Notes: generated by a model from the letters alone, not told the origin. A DNA stretch of 34,734 nucleotides from an uncultured Halobacteriales archaeon (GCA_964552115.1 CAZKGF010000002.1:535-35268), one strand, 5' to 3'; positions 7,842-16,754 are shown, counted from the first letter of the stretch. A program made the numbers and translations.

Positions 7842-9563
7842 TCATAGAACAGTGCCGTGTTTTTTCGAGGGGAGTTCCTTGTCGAGATCTGCATAAAACT
7901 CGAACCGGGCCTGTAACTCCGCTCGGAGCGAACTCGGCGGGACGATCTCGTCGATGACAACCTCGCTCGCCATGCGCATCGCGTCGATGTCCTCTCGGTA
8001 CTCCTCACGGAGTTCGGCCTCGAGGCGGTCTCGCTCGGCCCCGTCCTCGACAGCTGCGAGTTTACTCGCATACACTGCATTGACCGCGGCCTCCGGGCCC
8101 ATGATTGCCACTTCACCGCTGGGTAACGCGATGGTGGATTCGGGATCGTACGCCGGGCCGGACATCGCGTAGATTCCCGCGCCGTATGCCTTTCGGACGA
8201 TCACACACTGTTTGGGGACGGTCGCCGCAGACGTAGCATAGATCATCTTCTTGCCTTTCTCGAGAATGCCTTCTTTCTCGACTGCCCCACCAGCCATGAA
8301 GCCGGGTGTATCCACTAGATACAGTAGGGGAATGTTGTAGGCATCACAGGTCCAGATGAACCCGGCTGCCTTTTCGGCTGCGTCGGGGAAGATCGCACCC
8401 GCCCGCTGTGTGGGTTGGTTTGCTACGATGCCGATCGGGCGGCCGTCGATGCGGGCGAACCCGGTGAGTATTTCCGATCCGTACGCTGGCTGCAGTTCGA
8501 ACCACGAGTCCCGATCCACCACGCGGCGGATCACCGCCTCCATCTGATAGCCCCGATTTGGCTCCTGCGGAATCACGCTATCAATGCCTTCGGGGGATTG
8601 GGCAGGTGGGCGGCCCGTTGTCTGTGGGGGTGACTGCTCACAGTTCTGTGGCAAGTACCCAACAAGCGTAGCCACCAATTCGCGTGCGTGGTCCTCGTCA
8701 TCGGCGATCAAATCCGCGCTCCCGGAATGTTTGGCGTGGACCTCTGGGCCACCGAGTTCGGCCATCGTTACGTCTTCACCAGTCACCATTTTGACCATTC
8801 GGGGGCTGGCGATGGCCATCGCACTCATTTCTTTGACCATCACGGTGAAGTCCGCAAAGACCGGTGTGTACGCGGCCCCCGCGATACAGGGACCGTAGAG
8901 CACACAGATCTGCGGGACGCGGCCGGAGAGCCGTGAATGGTTGTAATAATACTTCCCGATACCCTCACGATGAGCAAAGAATCCGGTCTGCTGATCGATC
9001 CGGCCACCCGAGGAGTCCATCAGGTACAGCACAGGATTGCCGGTCTTCAGGGCGCGCTCTTGCATCCTGAGAAATTTCTCGACCCCTTTCGCCGCCATGC
9101 TCCCCCGTTTGACGGTATAGTCCGTGGCCATGAAGTGGACGTCTCGGCCTTCGAAATCCGCGCCACCCGTGATCATCCCATCGGCTGGGAGTTGCTCGGC
9201 AGAATCGAATTCCGCGAAGGTCCCGTCTTCGAACAAGAAACCGTCGGATCCGAACCAGTGTTCGATTCGATCACGGACGAACCGTTTGCCTTGTTCGGGT
9301 AACTCCTCGCGATACCGTTCGGGTCCACCCTGGTGAATCTCCTCGATCTCTTCGGTGAGCCGACGCTCCCGCTCGGTTGGTCCAAGTTCGTCCGCTTCGA
9401 CGGCATCGGAGGCCGGTTCCTCGGTCGGTTCTGCTGGGGCACTGGCCAGTTCTTCGCCCGATCGATCCATGACTGTGACTGGATGACCAAACCGCTCGGC
9501 GATGGCGATAGCGATCGCTTGGGCCTCGTCCGTACTCGTTTCTCCAGAGACTCTGACGTTCAT
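7842..9563 (-). CDS. acyl-CoA carboxylase carboxyltransferase (beta) subunit, propionyl-CoA carboxylase / methylmalonyl-CoA decarboxylase family, with an N-terminal extension of about 70 aa
   Basis: Typical CT motifs: GGADFEGRDVHFMATDYTVKRGSM, DSSGGRIDQ, GPCIAGAAYTP, and IVANQP...GAIF in the C-terminal half. ATG at 9563..9561 (MNVRVSG...). The track start is further upstream but not protein-like. Confidence 0.88.
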   Translation of the reverse strand: MNVRVSGETSTDEAQAIAIAIAERFGHPVTVMDRSGEELASAPAEPTEEPASDAVEADELGPTERERRLTEEIEEIHQGGPERYREELPEQGKRFVRDRIEHWFGSDGFLFEDGTFAEFDSAEQLPADGMITGGADFEGRDVHFMATDYTVKRGSMAAKGVEKFLRMQERALKTGNPVLYLMDSSGGRIDQQTGFFAHREGIGKYYYNHSRLSGRVPQICVLYGPCIAGAAYTPVFADFTVMVKEMSAMAIASPRMVKMVTGEDVTMAELGGPEVHAKHSGSADLIADDEDHARELVATLVGYLPQNCEQSPPQTTGRPPAQSPEGIDSVIPQEPNRGYQMEAVIRRVVDRDSWFELQPAYGSEILTGFARIDGRPIGIVANQPTQRAGAIFPDAAEKAAGFIWTCDAYNIPLLYLVDTPGFMAGGAVEKEGILEKGKKMIYATSAATVPKQCVIVRKAYGAGIYAMSGPAYDPESTIALPSGEVAIMGPEAAVNAVYASKLAAVEDGAERDRLEAELREEYREDIDAMRMASEVVIDEIVPPSSLRAELQARFEFYADLDKELPSKKHGTVL

Positions 9564-9732
9564 CGGCCTCGCTCCGTTGGGTCGCCTGCTCCGGGAGCGA
9601 ATGGCTCCGGGAGGGAGCCCGACGCTTCGCACACTTCTCTCGGTGCCCACCCGAACGCCGTTCGGTCTCCGTTCGGCCTCGTTGGCTCCATATCTCGATT
9701 GCTTTGCATACCGATTCCCCCGGGCAGTTTAC

Positions 9733-11022
9733 TCACTGCCGAAGGTCGGTCATGTGGTCGATTCGCTGTTTAACCAGGGCTTCGGTTCCGATATCGTGGC
9801 GGACCCGGAGATCGTCCTCGTTGAGCCCTTCGAACCCAGCCTCTACGATTTCCTCTGCAGCCGAAATCGATGCCGCCACCCCGACGAGGGCGAACGCTCG
9901 CGATGTGGTCGTATAGATCCCATCTGCCCGCTCGTCAACGCTCGCATAGAATAGGTGGGCATTTCCGACAGTTTCCTCATCGATGGTCACTTTGGCACCA
10001 GACTCGGGTGCCGTCGGATATCCTGCCGGGACTGCATATTTACACACTGTTGCCTGTGGACGAAACGTCAATCGTGGAAGTGACTCGCCGTCCCTGGCCG
10101 CTCGCACGATATCGAGGAGTCCTGTCTGCATGATCGGCAAGGTATTCATCGCCTCGGGATCCCCAAACCTCGCGTTGAACTCGACCACTTTGACGCCCGC
10201 TGCCGTCAGCATGAACTGGCCGTACAGAATCCCCTTGTAGCTCTCGAGGGCATCGGCTGTCTTGCGAATGATGTCGACGGCGTCCATGTACTCCGATTCT
10301 GTCATGAACGGAAGTTCCAGTGTCGTGTCGGAGTAACTCCCCATTCCGCCGGTATTGGGCCCCTCATCGCCCTCGTAGGCACGCTTGTGGTCCTGAACAG
10401 CCGGTGTCACCCGAACGTCGCCATTGGCGACAAACGCCTGGATCGTAAACTCCTCACCGATGAGCCGTTCTTCGAGGACAAGCCGTTCGTACTCGGATTC
10501 ACGGATGTAGGCTTTGGCCTCCGAGGGGGTGACTTGATCACCGATCACCCGGACCCCCTTCCCCCCGGTTAACCCTGCTGGCTTGACAACTAGATCGCGA
10601 TCGGCAGCGTCGATGTAGTCACACGCGGCCTCGGGTTCGTCGAAGGTTTCGAATTCGGGGCACCCGGGAATGTCGTGCCGGCGCATGAACCGACGTTGGT
10701 AGGCCTTGTCAGTCTCGATTCTGGCGTCCGCTTCGGTGGGCCCGAACGCGTAGATGCCGGCCCCATCAAGTGCGTCGACGACCCCCGCCTGCAGGGGCGC
10801 TTCTGGTCCCACGATCGCTATATCGGCACCGACCCGCGTCGCGTATTCGGTGACGGCAGATGGATTCGTGGCTTCCAGCGTTTCGAATCCAGTGGCAAGG
10901 CGGGCGATCCCTGGATTTCGGGTCCCAGCGCACGCATAGAGCGCACAGTCGCCAGTCGTGAGCGACCGCGCGATGGCGTGTTCGCGGCCGCCTCCACCGA
11001 CTAGCAACACTGCCTCAGCCAT
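9733..11022 (-). CDS. purD: phosphoribosylamine--glycine ligase
   Basis: VLLVGGGGREHAIA, an ATP-grasp body, EFNARFGDPE. ATG at 11022..11020 (MAEAVLLVGG...). Confidence 0.93.
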   Translation of the reverse strand: MAEAVLLVGGGGREHAIARSLTTGDCALYACAGTRNPGIARLATGFETLEATNPSAVTEYATRVGADIAIVGPEAPLQAGVVDALDGAGIYAFGPTEADARIETDKAYQRRFMRRHDIPGCPEFETFDEPEAACDYIDAADRDLVVKPAGLTGGKGVRVIGDQVTPSEAKAYIRESEYERLVLEERLIGEEFTIQAFVANGDVRVTPAVQDHKRAYEGDEGPNTGGMGSYSDTTLELPFMTESEYMDAVDIIRKTADALESYKGILYGQFMLTAAGVKVVEFNARFGDPEAMNTLPIMQTGLLDIVRAARDGESLPRLTFRPQATVCKYAVPAGYPTAPESGAKVTIDEETVGNAHLFYASVDERADGIYTTTSRAFALVGVAASISAAEEIVEAGFEGLNEDDLRVRHDIGTEALVKQRIDHMTDLRQ

Positions 11023-11112
11023 ACCGGAGTGGGGGAGACACCCGAGTGTAAAGGTTCCCCTTGGGCATACAGGCAAACGCCTTTACCAGTGGTGACCACC
11101 TACCGGGATTCA

Positions 11113-13275
11113 ATGACACGGCCTACGAGCGAGAATCGGTTGGACGGCGAGCAAAGTCCCTACCTCCGGCAGCACGCCGATAACCCGGTCCACTGGCAAC
11201 CATGGGACGACCAGGCCCTCGACGCTGCCGAAACCGAGGACAAACCGATCTTTCTCTCGATCGGCTATTCGGCCTGTCACTGGTGTCACGTCATGGAGGA
11301 GGAGAGTTTTCAGGACGAAGAAATCGCGTCACTGTTGAATGAGCATTTCGTCCCGATCAAGGTCGACCGGGAGGAACGGCCAGATGTCGACAGTATCTAC
11401 ATGTCTATCTGTCAGCAAGTAACCGGGCAGGGTGGCTGGCCGCTATCGGCCTTTCTCACGCCATCTGGCGATCCGTTTTACGTTGGAACCTACTTCCCAC
11501 CCGAGTCCGGGCGGGGCCAACCGGGATTTCGCCAATTGCTCACCGACATTCACGAGGCGTGGGCCGATCCCGAGGAACGAGCGGAACTCGAACAGCGTGC
11601 CACCCAGTGGTCCGCTGCCATCGAAGACGATCTCGAATCGGTTCCTGACCAACCCACGACGCCCGACGATTCTCTCCTCGAATCGGCTGCACAATCGGCC
11701 ATTCGGGGCGCTGATAGGGAGTACGGAGGCTGGGGACGAGGGCAAAAATTCCCCCACCCGGCCCGGATCCATTTACTGTTGACAGCACACGATCGGACGG
11801 ATCGCGCGGAGTATCGAACAGTGGCTGTCGAGACGCTTCGGGCCATGGCAGATCGGGGCATGTACGACCATCTCGGTGGTGGCTTTCATCGGTATACGAC
11901 CGATCGGGAGTGGATCGTCCCGCACTTCGAAAAGATGCTGTACGATAATGCAGAGCTCACGCGGGCGTATCTTGCCGCCTTTCAGGCGACCGGAATCGAA
12001 CGGTTCCGGACAGTGGCAGTGGACACACTCGAATTCGTGTCCGCGGACCTTCAACACCCCGAGGGTGGATTTTTTAGCACGCTCGACGCACGGAGTGAGA
12101 CCGACACCGGCGAAAGCGAGGAAGGGGCGTACTACGTCTGGACGCCGACTACGGTCGAGTCGGCCATGGAAGCACACCTGCCTGGAGAGCGAAACCCGTC
12201 TCGGGCCGCGGAACTATTCTGTGATCGGTACGGTGTGACCCAGCAGGGTAACTTCGAGGGCGCGACGGTACTGACCCAGTCGAAAGATTTGGCGACAATC
12301 GCCGACGAACACGATATGACCATCGACGCCGTGGAATCGCTTCTTTCGGCGGCCGAAGCGGCAGCCCTACAGGCACGCCAGGCCCGGCCTCGACCTCGGC
12401 GCGACGAGAAGGTGCTTGCTGGCTGGAATGGTCTCATGATATCGGCATACGCCGAGGCCAGCGTGGTGCTCGACAGAAAATTTCTCGATACTGCCGTAGA
12501 TGCCCTCTCGTTCGTCCGGGACCATCTCTGGTCTGCAGAACCTAACCGCCTCTCCCGGCGATACAAGGACGGCGATGTCGCCGTGGAGGGCTATCTCGAA
12601 GATTACGCCTTCGTTGCACGGGCTGCCTTCGATGCGTATCAGGCCAGTGGCGATGTCGATCACCTCGCCTTTGCCCTCGAGATCGCTGGGGCTATCGAAC
12701 GCGAATTCTGGGATCAGGATTCGGGCACCCTGTACTTCACGCCAGCCAGTGGCGAGGGACTCGTCGCGCGTCCCCAAGAATTGGACGATCGATCCACACC
12801 GTCCAGTGCGGGTGTCGCGGCGATGGTATTGGCGGACCTGAATCATTTCCGGGCTGACGATCGCTTCTCCGAGATCGCCGAAACCGTCGTCAAAACCCAC
12901 GGGAGCGAAATCCAAGCGGATCCACTTCGGCACGCATCGTTGACGCTGGCCACCGATAGAGTGCGGACGGGCGCACTCGAGTTGACGCTCTCGACTGACT
13001 CACTCCCGGAGGACTGGCTGGAGGCGCTGGCAGGGACGTACGTGCCCGATCGGTTGCTTGCGTGGCGTCCCGCGACCGAGTCGGGACTTGCCGACTGGAT
13101 CGACCGCCTCGACCTCCCAGATCCACCCCCGATCTGGGCCCAGCGCGGGGCTGTCGACGGCGAGCCGACAGTCTACGCCTGTCGATCGTTCACGTGTTCG
13201 CCTCCGCGCCACAGCCTCGAACGGGCCCTCGAGTGGGCCGACGAACAGCTGGCAACCTCAAAGACTGGACGCTGA
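11113..13275 (+). CDS. thioredoxin-domain protein, DUF255 / YyaL (SPATA20-like) family
   Basis: NRLDGEQSPYLRQHADNPVHWQPW and the CHWCHVMEEESF redox-like motif, followed by a long alpha/alpha-toroid-like C-terminal region. ATG at 11113. Confidence 0.85.
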   Translation: MTRPTSENRLDGEQSPYLRQHADNPVHWQPWDDQALDAAETEDKPIFLSIGYSACHWCHVMEEESFQDEEIASLLNEHFVPIKVDREERPDVDSIYMSICQQVTGQGGWPLSAFLTPSGDPFYVGTYFPPESGRGQPGFRQLLTDIHEAWADPEERAELEQRATQWSAAIEDDLESVPDQPTTPDDSLLESAAQSAIRGADREYGGWGRGQKFPHPARIHLLLTAHDRTDRAEYRTVAVETLRAMADRGMYDHLGGGFHRYTTDREWIVPHFEKMLYDNAELTRAYLAAFQATGIERFRTVAVDTLEFVSADLQHPEGGFFSTLDARSETDTGESEEGAYYVWTPTTVESAMEAHLPGERNPSRAAELFCDRYGVTQQGNFEGATVLTQSKDLATIADEHDMTIDAVESLLSAAEAAALQARQARPRPRRDEKVLAGWNGLMISAYAEASVVLDRKFLDTAVDALSFVRDHLWSAEPNRLSRRYKDGDVAVEGYLEDYAFVARAAFDAYQASGDVDHLAFALEIAGAIEREFWDQDSGTLYFTPASGEGLVARPQELDDRSTPSSAGVAAMVLADLNHFRADDRFSEIAETVVKTHGSEIQADPLRHASLTLATDRVRTGALELTLSTDSLPEDWLEALAGTYVPDRLLAWRPATESGLADWIDRLDLPDPPPIWAQRGAVDGEPTVYACRSFTCSPPRHSLERALEWADEQLATSKTGR

Positions 13276-13284
13276 GTTGTTCGG

Positions 13285-13677
13285 TCAGGTAGTGCGATTG
13301 GCGTCGGAGTCGAGGGCTGCTTCGATCTCATCGGCGAGGTAGACAGCAATCGGTGCTGGCTCTTCCTCGACAAACCGGGCGATTTCTTCACCATCGACTT
13401 CGACCACCACCGTCGGGATGAATTCGATGCCGTATTCGTCTACACCGGGTCCCTGTTTGTCCTGATCGACCTCGAAATGGTGAATGCGGTCATCGGGAAC
13501 GTCTGCGACTTCGAGCGCAGCCGCAAAATCGGGGAGTGACGCGCGGCAGTCCTTACACCAGTCGCCACCCCATACCTTGAATGTCAGTTGGTCGGCGTGG
13601 GCCCGTAACACGTCTATCGTGTCTGCATATGCGTCGCCCACCCAAACAGGGTTGGGCTCCATCGTTTCCAGGGTCAT
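13285..13677 (-). CDS. thioredoxin-fold protein (WCxxC)
   Basis: FKVWGGDWCKDCRASLPDF, with IPTVVV downstream (cis-Pro region). 130 aa, ATG confirmed. Confidence 0.75.
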   Translation of the reverse strand: MTLETMEPNPVWVGDAYADTIDVLRAHADQLTFKVWGGDWCKDCRASLPDFAAALEVADVPDDRIHHFEVDQDKQGPGVDEYGIEFIPTVVVEVDGEEIARFVEEEPAPIAVYLADEIEAALDSDANRTT

Positions 13678-13713
13678 AGACGTTGTAGGCGTGGGATACC
13701 AATAACTGTGTGG

Positions 13714-14187
13714 CTACTCACCCGGAGATGAGGGCCCGGACTCCTGACTGCGGGCCGTGGATGCCCCGCCCAATTGCTCCCGAAGAATTCTGCGGTGACA
13801 CCGTTTGTCGTCGCCTTCATAGCAGACGAGAACGACCGTTTCGCCGTCCCCTAGTCGATTGGAGAGGTCGTTCAATGCCGGGTTCGGCGCCTCGTCCGAA
13901 TCCAAATAGTCTCGGTACCGTCTCGCAAAATCCACTTCCTCCCAGGCTGCGTTCAGAGCAGCTGTCTCAGCGTATCCACGGTCCTCGAAGTTTGCCTCGA
14001 CGCGCTTGCATTCCTCGAGGAGTGACTCGGGTGGTCCCAGGGCCCGATAGTTGTAGTCGATTTCCGCATAGAACCACGGCGTCGGTCTCCTGACGACGCC
14101 GGCGAGGTGCTCGTCCCCGGCCAGTTCGACCAGGTCGTTTTGAAGCGCCGCGACGTAGGTATCCCGGACCGTCCCTCGAGATCCCAT
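13714..14187 (-). CDS. DUF488-family protein
   Basis: C-terminal VVLVCYEGDDKRCHRRILREQL and a mid-region W..F...Y pattern recall DUF488 (YeaO-like). ATG at 14187..14185. An alternative GTG lies at 14232. Confidence 0.6.
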   Translation of the reverse strand: MGSRGTVRDTYVAALQNDLVELAGDEHLAGVVRRPTPWFYAEIDYNYRALGPPESLLEECKRVEANFEDRGYAETAALNAAWEEVDFARRYRDYLDSDEAPNPALNDLSNRLGDGETVVLVCYEGDDKRCHRRILREQLGGASTARSQESGPSSPGE

Positions 14188-14283
14188 GTAGGCGTTTCGT
14201 TGTACTGCGTCAAGACGGTTTGGCCCAGGCACGCTCTGCCGGGGACAGGGCGTGTAAATGGGAGGATACCGAAGCGGTCTGTA

Positions 14284-15189
14284 GTGAAAGCCGATATTCT
14301 CGAAACCATCGGGTCGCCGCTCGTCGCTGTGGAGGCGCCTGATGGCACGACGATTGCAGCGAAGATCGAATCCAAAAATCCAGGCGGTTCGGCCAAGGAT
14401 CGCCCAGCTCGGGCGATGGTAGAGGCAGCCGAGAAAGCGGGGGATTTGGAACAGGGAGATACGATCGTCGAGCCCACGAGCGGAAACACGGGGATCGGCC
14501 TCGCCGTCGTCGGTGCTGCCAAAGGGTACGACGTTCGGTTGGTCATGCCTGCCTCGAAGTCGCCCGAACGTCGCTCATTGATGCGTGCCTACGGGGCCGA
14601 AGTGGAACTCATTGAAGGGGATATTTCCGCTGCTCGGACCCGGGCGGACGAACTGGCTGCGCGTGATACCTTCGTGCAGATGCACCAATTCGAGAACCCG
14701 GCCAATCCTGACGCTCACTATCGGACCACCGGACCGGAAATTCTGGACCAGGTCGGCGACCGGCGGATAGACGCATTCGTGGCGGGTATCGGGACTGGAG
14801 GGACCATCAGCGGGACGGGTCGTCGTCTTCGAGAAGCCGTTCCTACCATCGACATCGTCGGGGTCGAGCCGGCGGAGAATGCCGTCCTTTCGGGGGGCGA
14901 ATCGGGCGAAGACGAGTTCCAAGGGATGGGGCCTGGCTTCGTTTCAGACAATCTCGATCGGTCGTTGTTGGACGAAGTGGAGACGGTGACAATCGACGAG
15001 GCGGAGGCGGAGTGCAGACGTCTGGCACGGTCCGAGGGGATTCTCGTCGGCCAGTCCAGTGGCGCGTCGAACCTCGCTGCCAAACGGGTTGCCAGGCGTC
15101 TCAGGGACCGTATCGATGATCCCCTCGTCGTCACCATCTTTTGGGATTCGGGTGAGCGGTACCTCTCGACCGGGCTGTTCGACGAGTGA
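14284..15189 (+). CDS. cysK: cysteine synthase (O-acetylserine sulfhydrylase), PLP-dependent
   Basis: KIESKNPGGSAKDRPA (PLP Lys), EPTSGNTGIGLA, GIGTGGTISG. GTG at 14284 gives MKADILETIGSPLV... (301 aa). The upstream track extension overlaps the divergent DUF488 gene. Confidence 0.9.
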   Translation: MKADILETIGSPLVAVEAPDGTTIAAKIESKNPGGSAKDRPARAMVEAAEKAGDLEQGDTIVEPTSGNTGIGLAVVGAAKGYDVRLVMPASKSPERRSLMRAYGAEVELIEGDISAARTRADELAARDTFVQMHQFENPANPDAHYRTTGPEILDQVGDRRIDAFVAGIGTGGTISGTGRRLREAVPTIDIVGVEPAENAVLSGGESGEDEFQGMGPGFVSDNLDRSLLDEVETVTIDEAEAECRRLARSEGILVGQSSGASNLAAKRVARRLRDRIDDPLVVTIFWDSGERYLSTGLFDE

Positions 15190-15206
15190 TCGGACCGGTC
15201 GACCCA

Positions 15207-16643
15207 CTATAATAAGCGCCGCGGCAGCCGATGCCCCCGCTCGCGGATCCGGTCACGGATCGGAAACAGATTGACGAGAAGGGCGGTGACGATGGCGATG
15301 GCGAACCCAACGCCGAATCCGAGGAGGTGGCCGAGTATCCATACCGCTTGTGTGCCCGGGGTCTGTGCGGGGACGAGTCCGACACCAAATCCGACGAAGA
15401 CGATCGTGACGAGGAGGATGACACTGAATTGTTTGAGGAGGATTGGTACTCCCGTTTCTGTTCTCCGAGTCGCCTTGACCCGATTTCGGATGATCCAAAG
15501 GCCACAGACTGCCGTCAGGCCCGCGGTGATGGTGACCAGTGGTGAGCCGAAGATTCCCAACAAGACGTCGAGTGCGACGAGAACCATGAACGATCCGACG
15601 AGAAAGACATCTCGGTGGTCGTACACGGTCCGGAGGAGGACCAGAAATGCGACGAGGAGAAAGCCGACGAAACCAGCGACTACGTCAGAGAACCCGAGGA
15701 ACTGCGTGGCGTAGCCGGGGTATACCGTCGCGGACAGCCCGTACCCCACCCCTCTGGTCAGGAGGGGAAGGACGAACACCAGAGGTGCTGCGGTCAGGTA
15801 AAACCAGTTGGCGGCACTGATCCGGAGACAGACGACGTAGGTGAGTGAGGCGATGAGGACATATCCGATTATATTGCCGGCCAAATGCCCCAAATCCACG
15901 TGGACGACGGTTGTGAGGAGGGAAACGAGGATGTTCTGACTCGGCGTTCCGTAGGCAAGAATTCGCTCGAGTCCGTCCGGGAATCCGAGATGGATTCCGA
16001 TCAGGACCGCTGGGACAACAGCGAGTAGCATACTGTCGAATACCACGCGTCGACGGGGATACCGGAGGTAGGTATCGTTGCCCGGCTCGGCCTGCTCGGT
16101 AAGCTGTGTGTTGACCTGATCACGCAAATCTGCCAATTCAGCCGTCAATACTTGGTAAGCAGAACTTTGGCGGAGTTCGCTCGGCGTCTTATTGGCCTCG
16201 AGTGTATCTCGTTTCGAGGCTAAGGCGAAAAATCGTTGTAAGTCAGACTCCGATCGGTTGCGGGTTGCCAGGTGATCGACGGTGGATAGCAGATCATCGG
16301 CCGTAATCGGTTTTGTAAGGTACTCGTCGATATCCAGTTTGAGGATGTCGAAGTCGGGATCGACTGCGGTCACCAGTGCGACCCGACAGCTGTGGCCGCG
16401 CTCGCGGATGCGACCGAGGACATCGTCACCCGAGATGTCCGGGAGCCGACGGTCTAGTAAGACGACGTCGACCGTATCATCGACCGCGTCTAGAGCCCCT
16501 TCGCCGGTGTATGCTGTCCGAACGTCGTAGGCGTCCGCAAGCCACGAGGAGAAGACGTCAGCCAAGTCACGCTCGTCTTCGACGACGAGCACGACTGGCG
16601 AATCCCCGGTTTCCTTCGACGAAGCGGTCCCGAGCCCCTCCAT
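15207..16643 (-). CDS. response regulator (REC) - HalX domain - polytopic rhomboid-like membrane domain fusion protein
   Basis: REC residues: VVEDE, LLD, VALVTA, YLTKP. HalX-like helix: FFALASKRDTLEANKT...YQVLTAELADLRDQ. About 8 hydrophobic spans carry HVDLGHLAGN, LGFSDVVAGF and GHLLGFGVGFAIA. ATG at 16643..16641. An in-frame TTG at 16712 would add 23 aa. Confidence 0.8.
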   Translation of the reverse strand: MEGLGTASSKETGDSPVVLVVEDERDLADVFSSWLADAYDVRTAYTGEGALDAVDDTVDVVLLDRRLPDISGDDVLGRIRERGHSCRVALVTAVDPDFDILKLDIDEYLTKPITADDLLSTVDHLATRNRSESDLQRFFALASKRDTLEANKTPSELRQSSAYQVLTAELADLRDQVNTQLTEQAEPGNDTYLRYPRRRVVFDSMLLAVVPAVLIGIHLGFPDGLERILAYGTPSQNILVSLLTTVVHVDLGHLAGNIIGYVLIASLTYVVCLRISAANWFYLTAAPLVFVLPLLTRGVGYGLSATVYPGYATQFLGFSDVVAGFVGFLLVAFLVLLRTVYDHRDVFLVGSFMVLVALDVLLGIFGSPLVTITAGLTAVCGLWIIRNRVKATRRTETGVPILLKQFSVILLVTIVFVGFGVGLVPAQTPGTQAVWILGHLLGFGVGFAIAIVTALLVNLFPIRDRIRERGHRLPRRLL

Positions 16644-16754
16644 TACTTGGATAGGGGTTTCGGGAGCAGTACTTCTAGGTTTTGACTTTTCATCGTGGTG
16701 TTCTGTGGGCAATCCGTCCCTCCTCGAGGGACGGTGGTTCTCCAGGCCGTGTAG

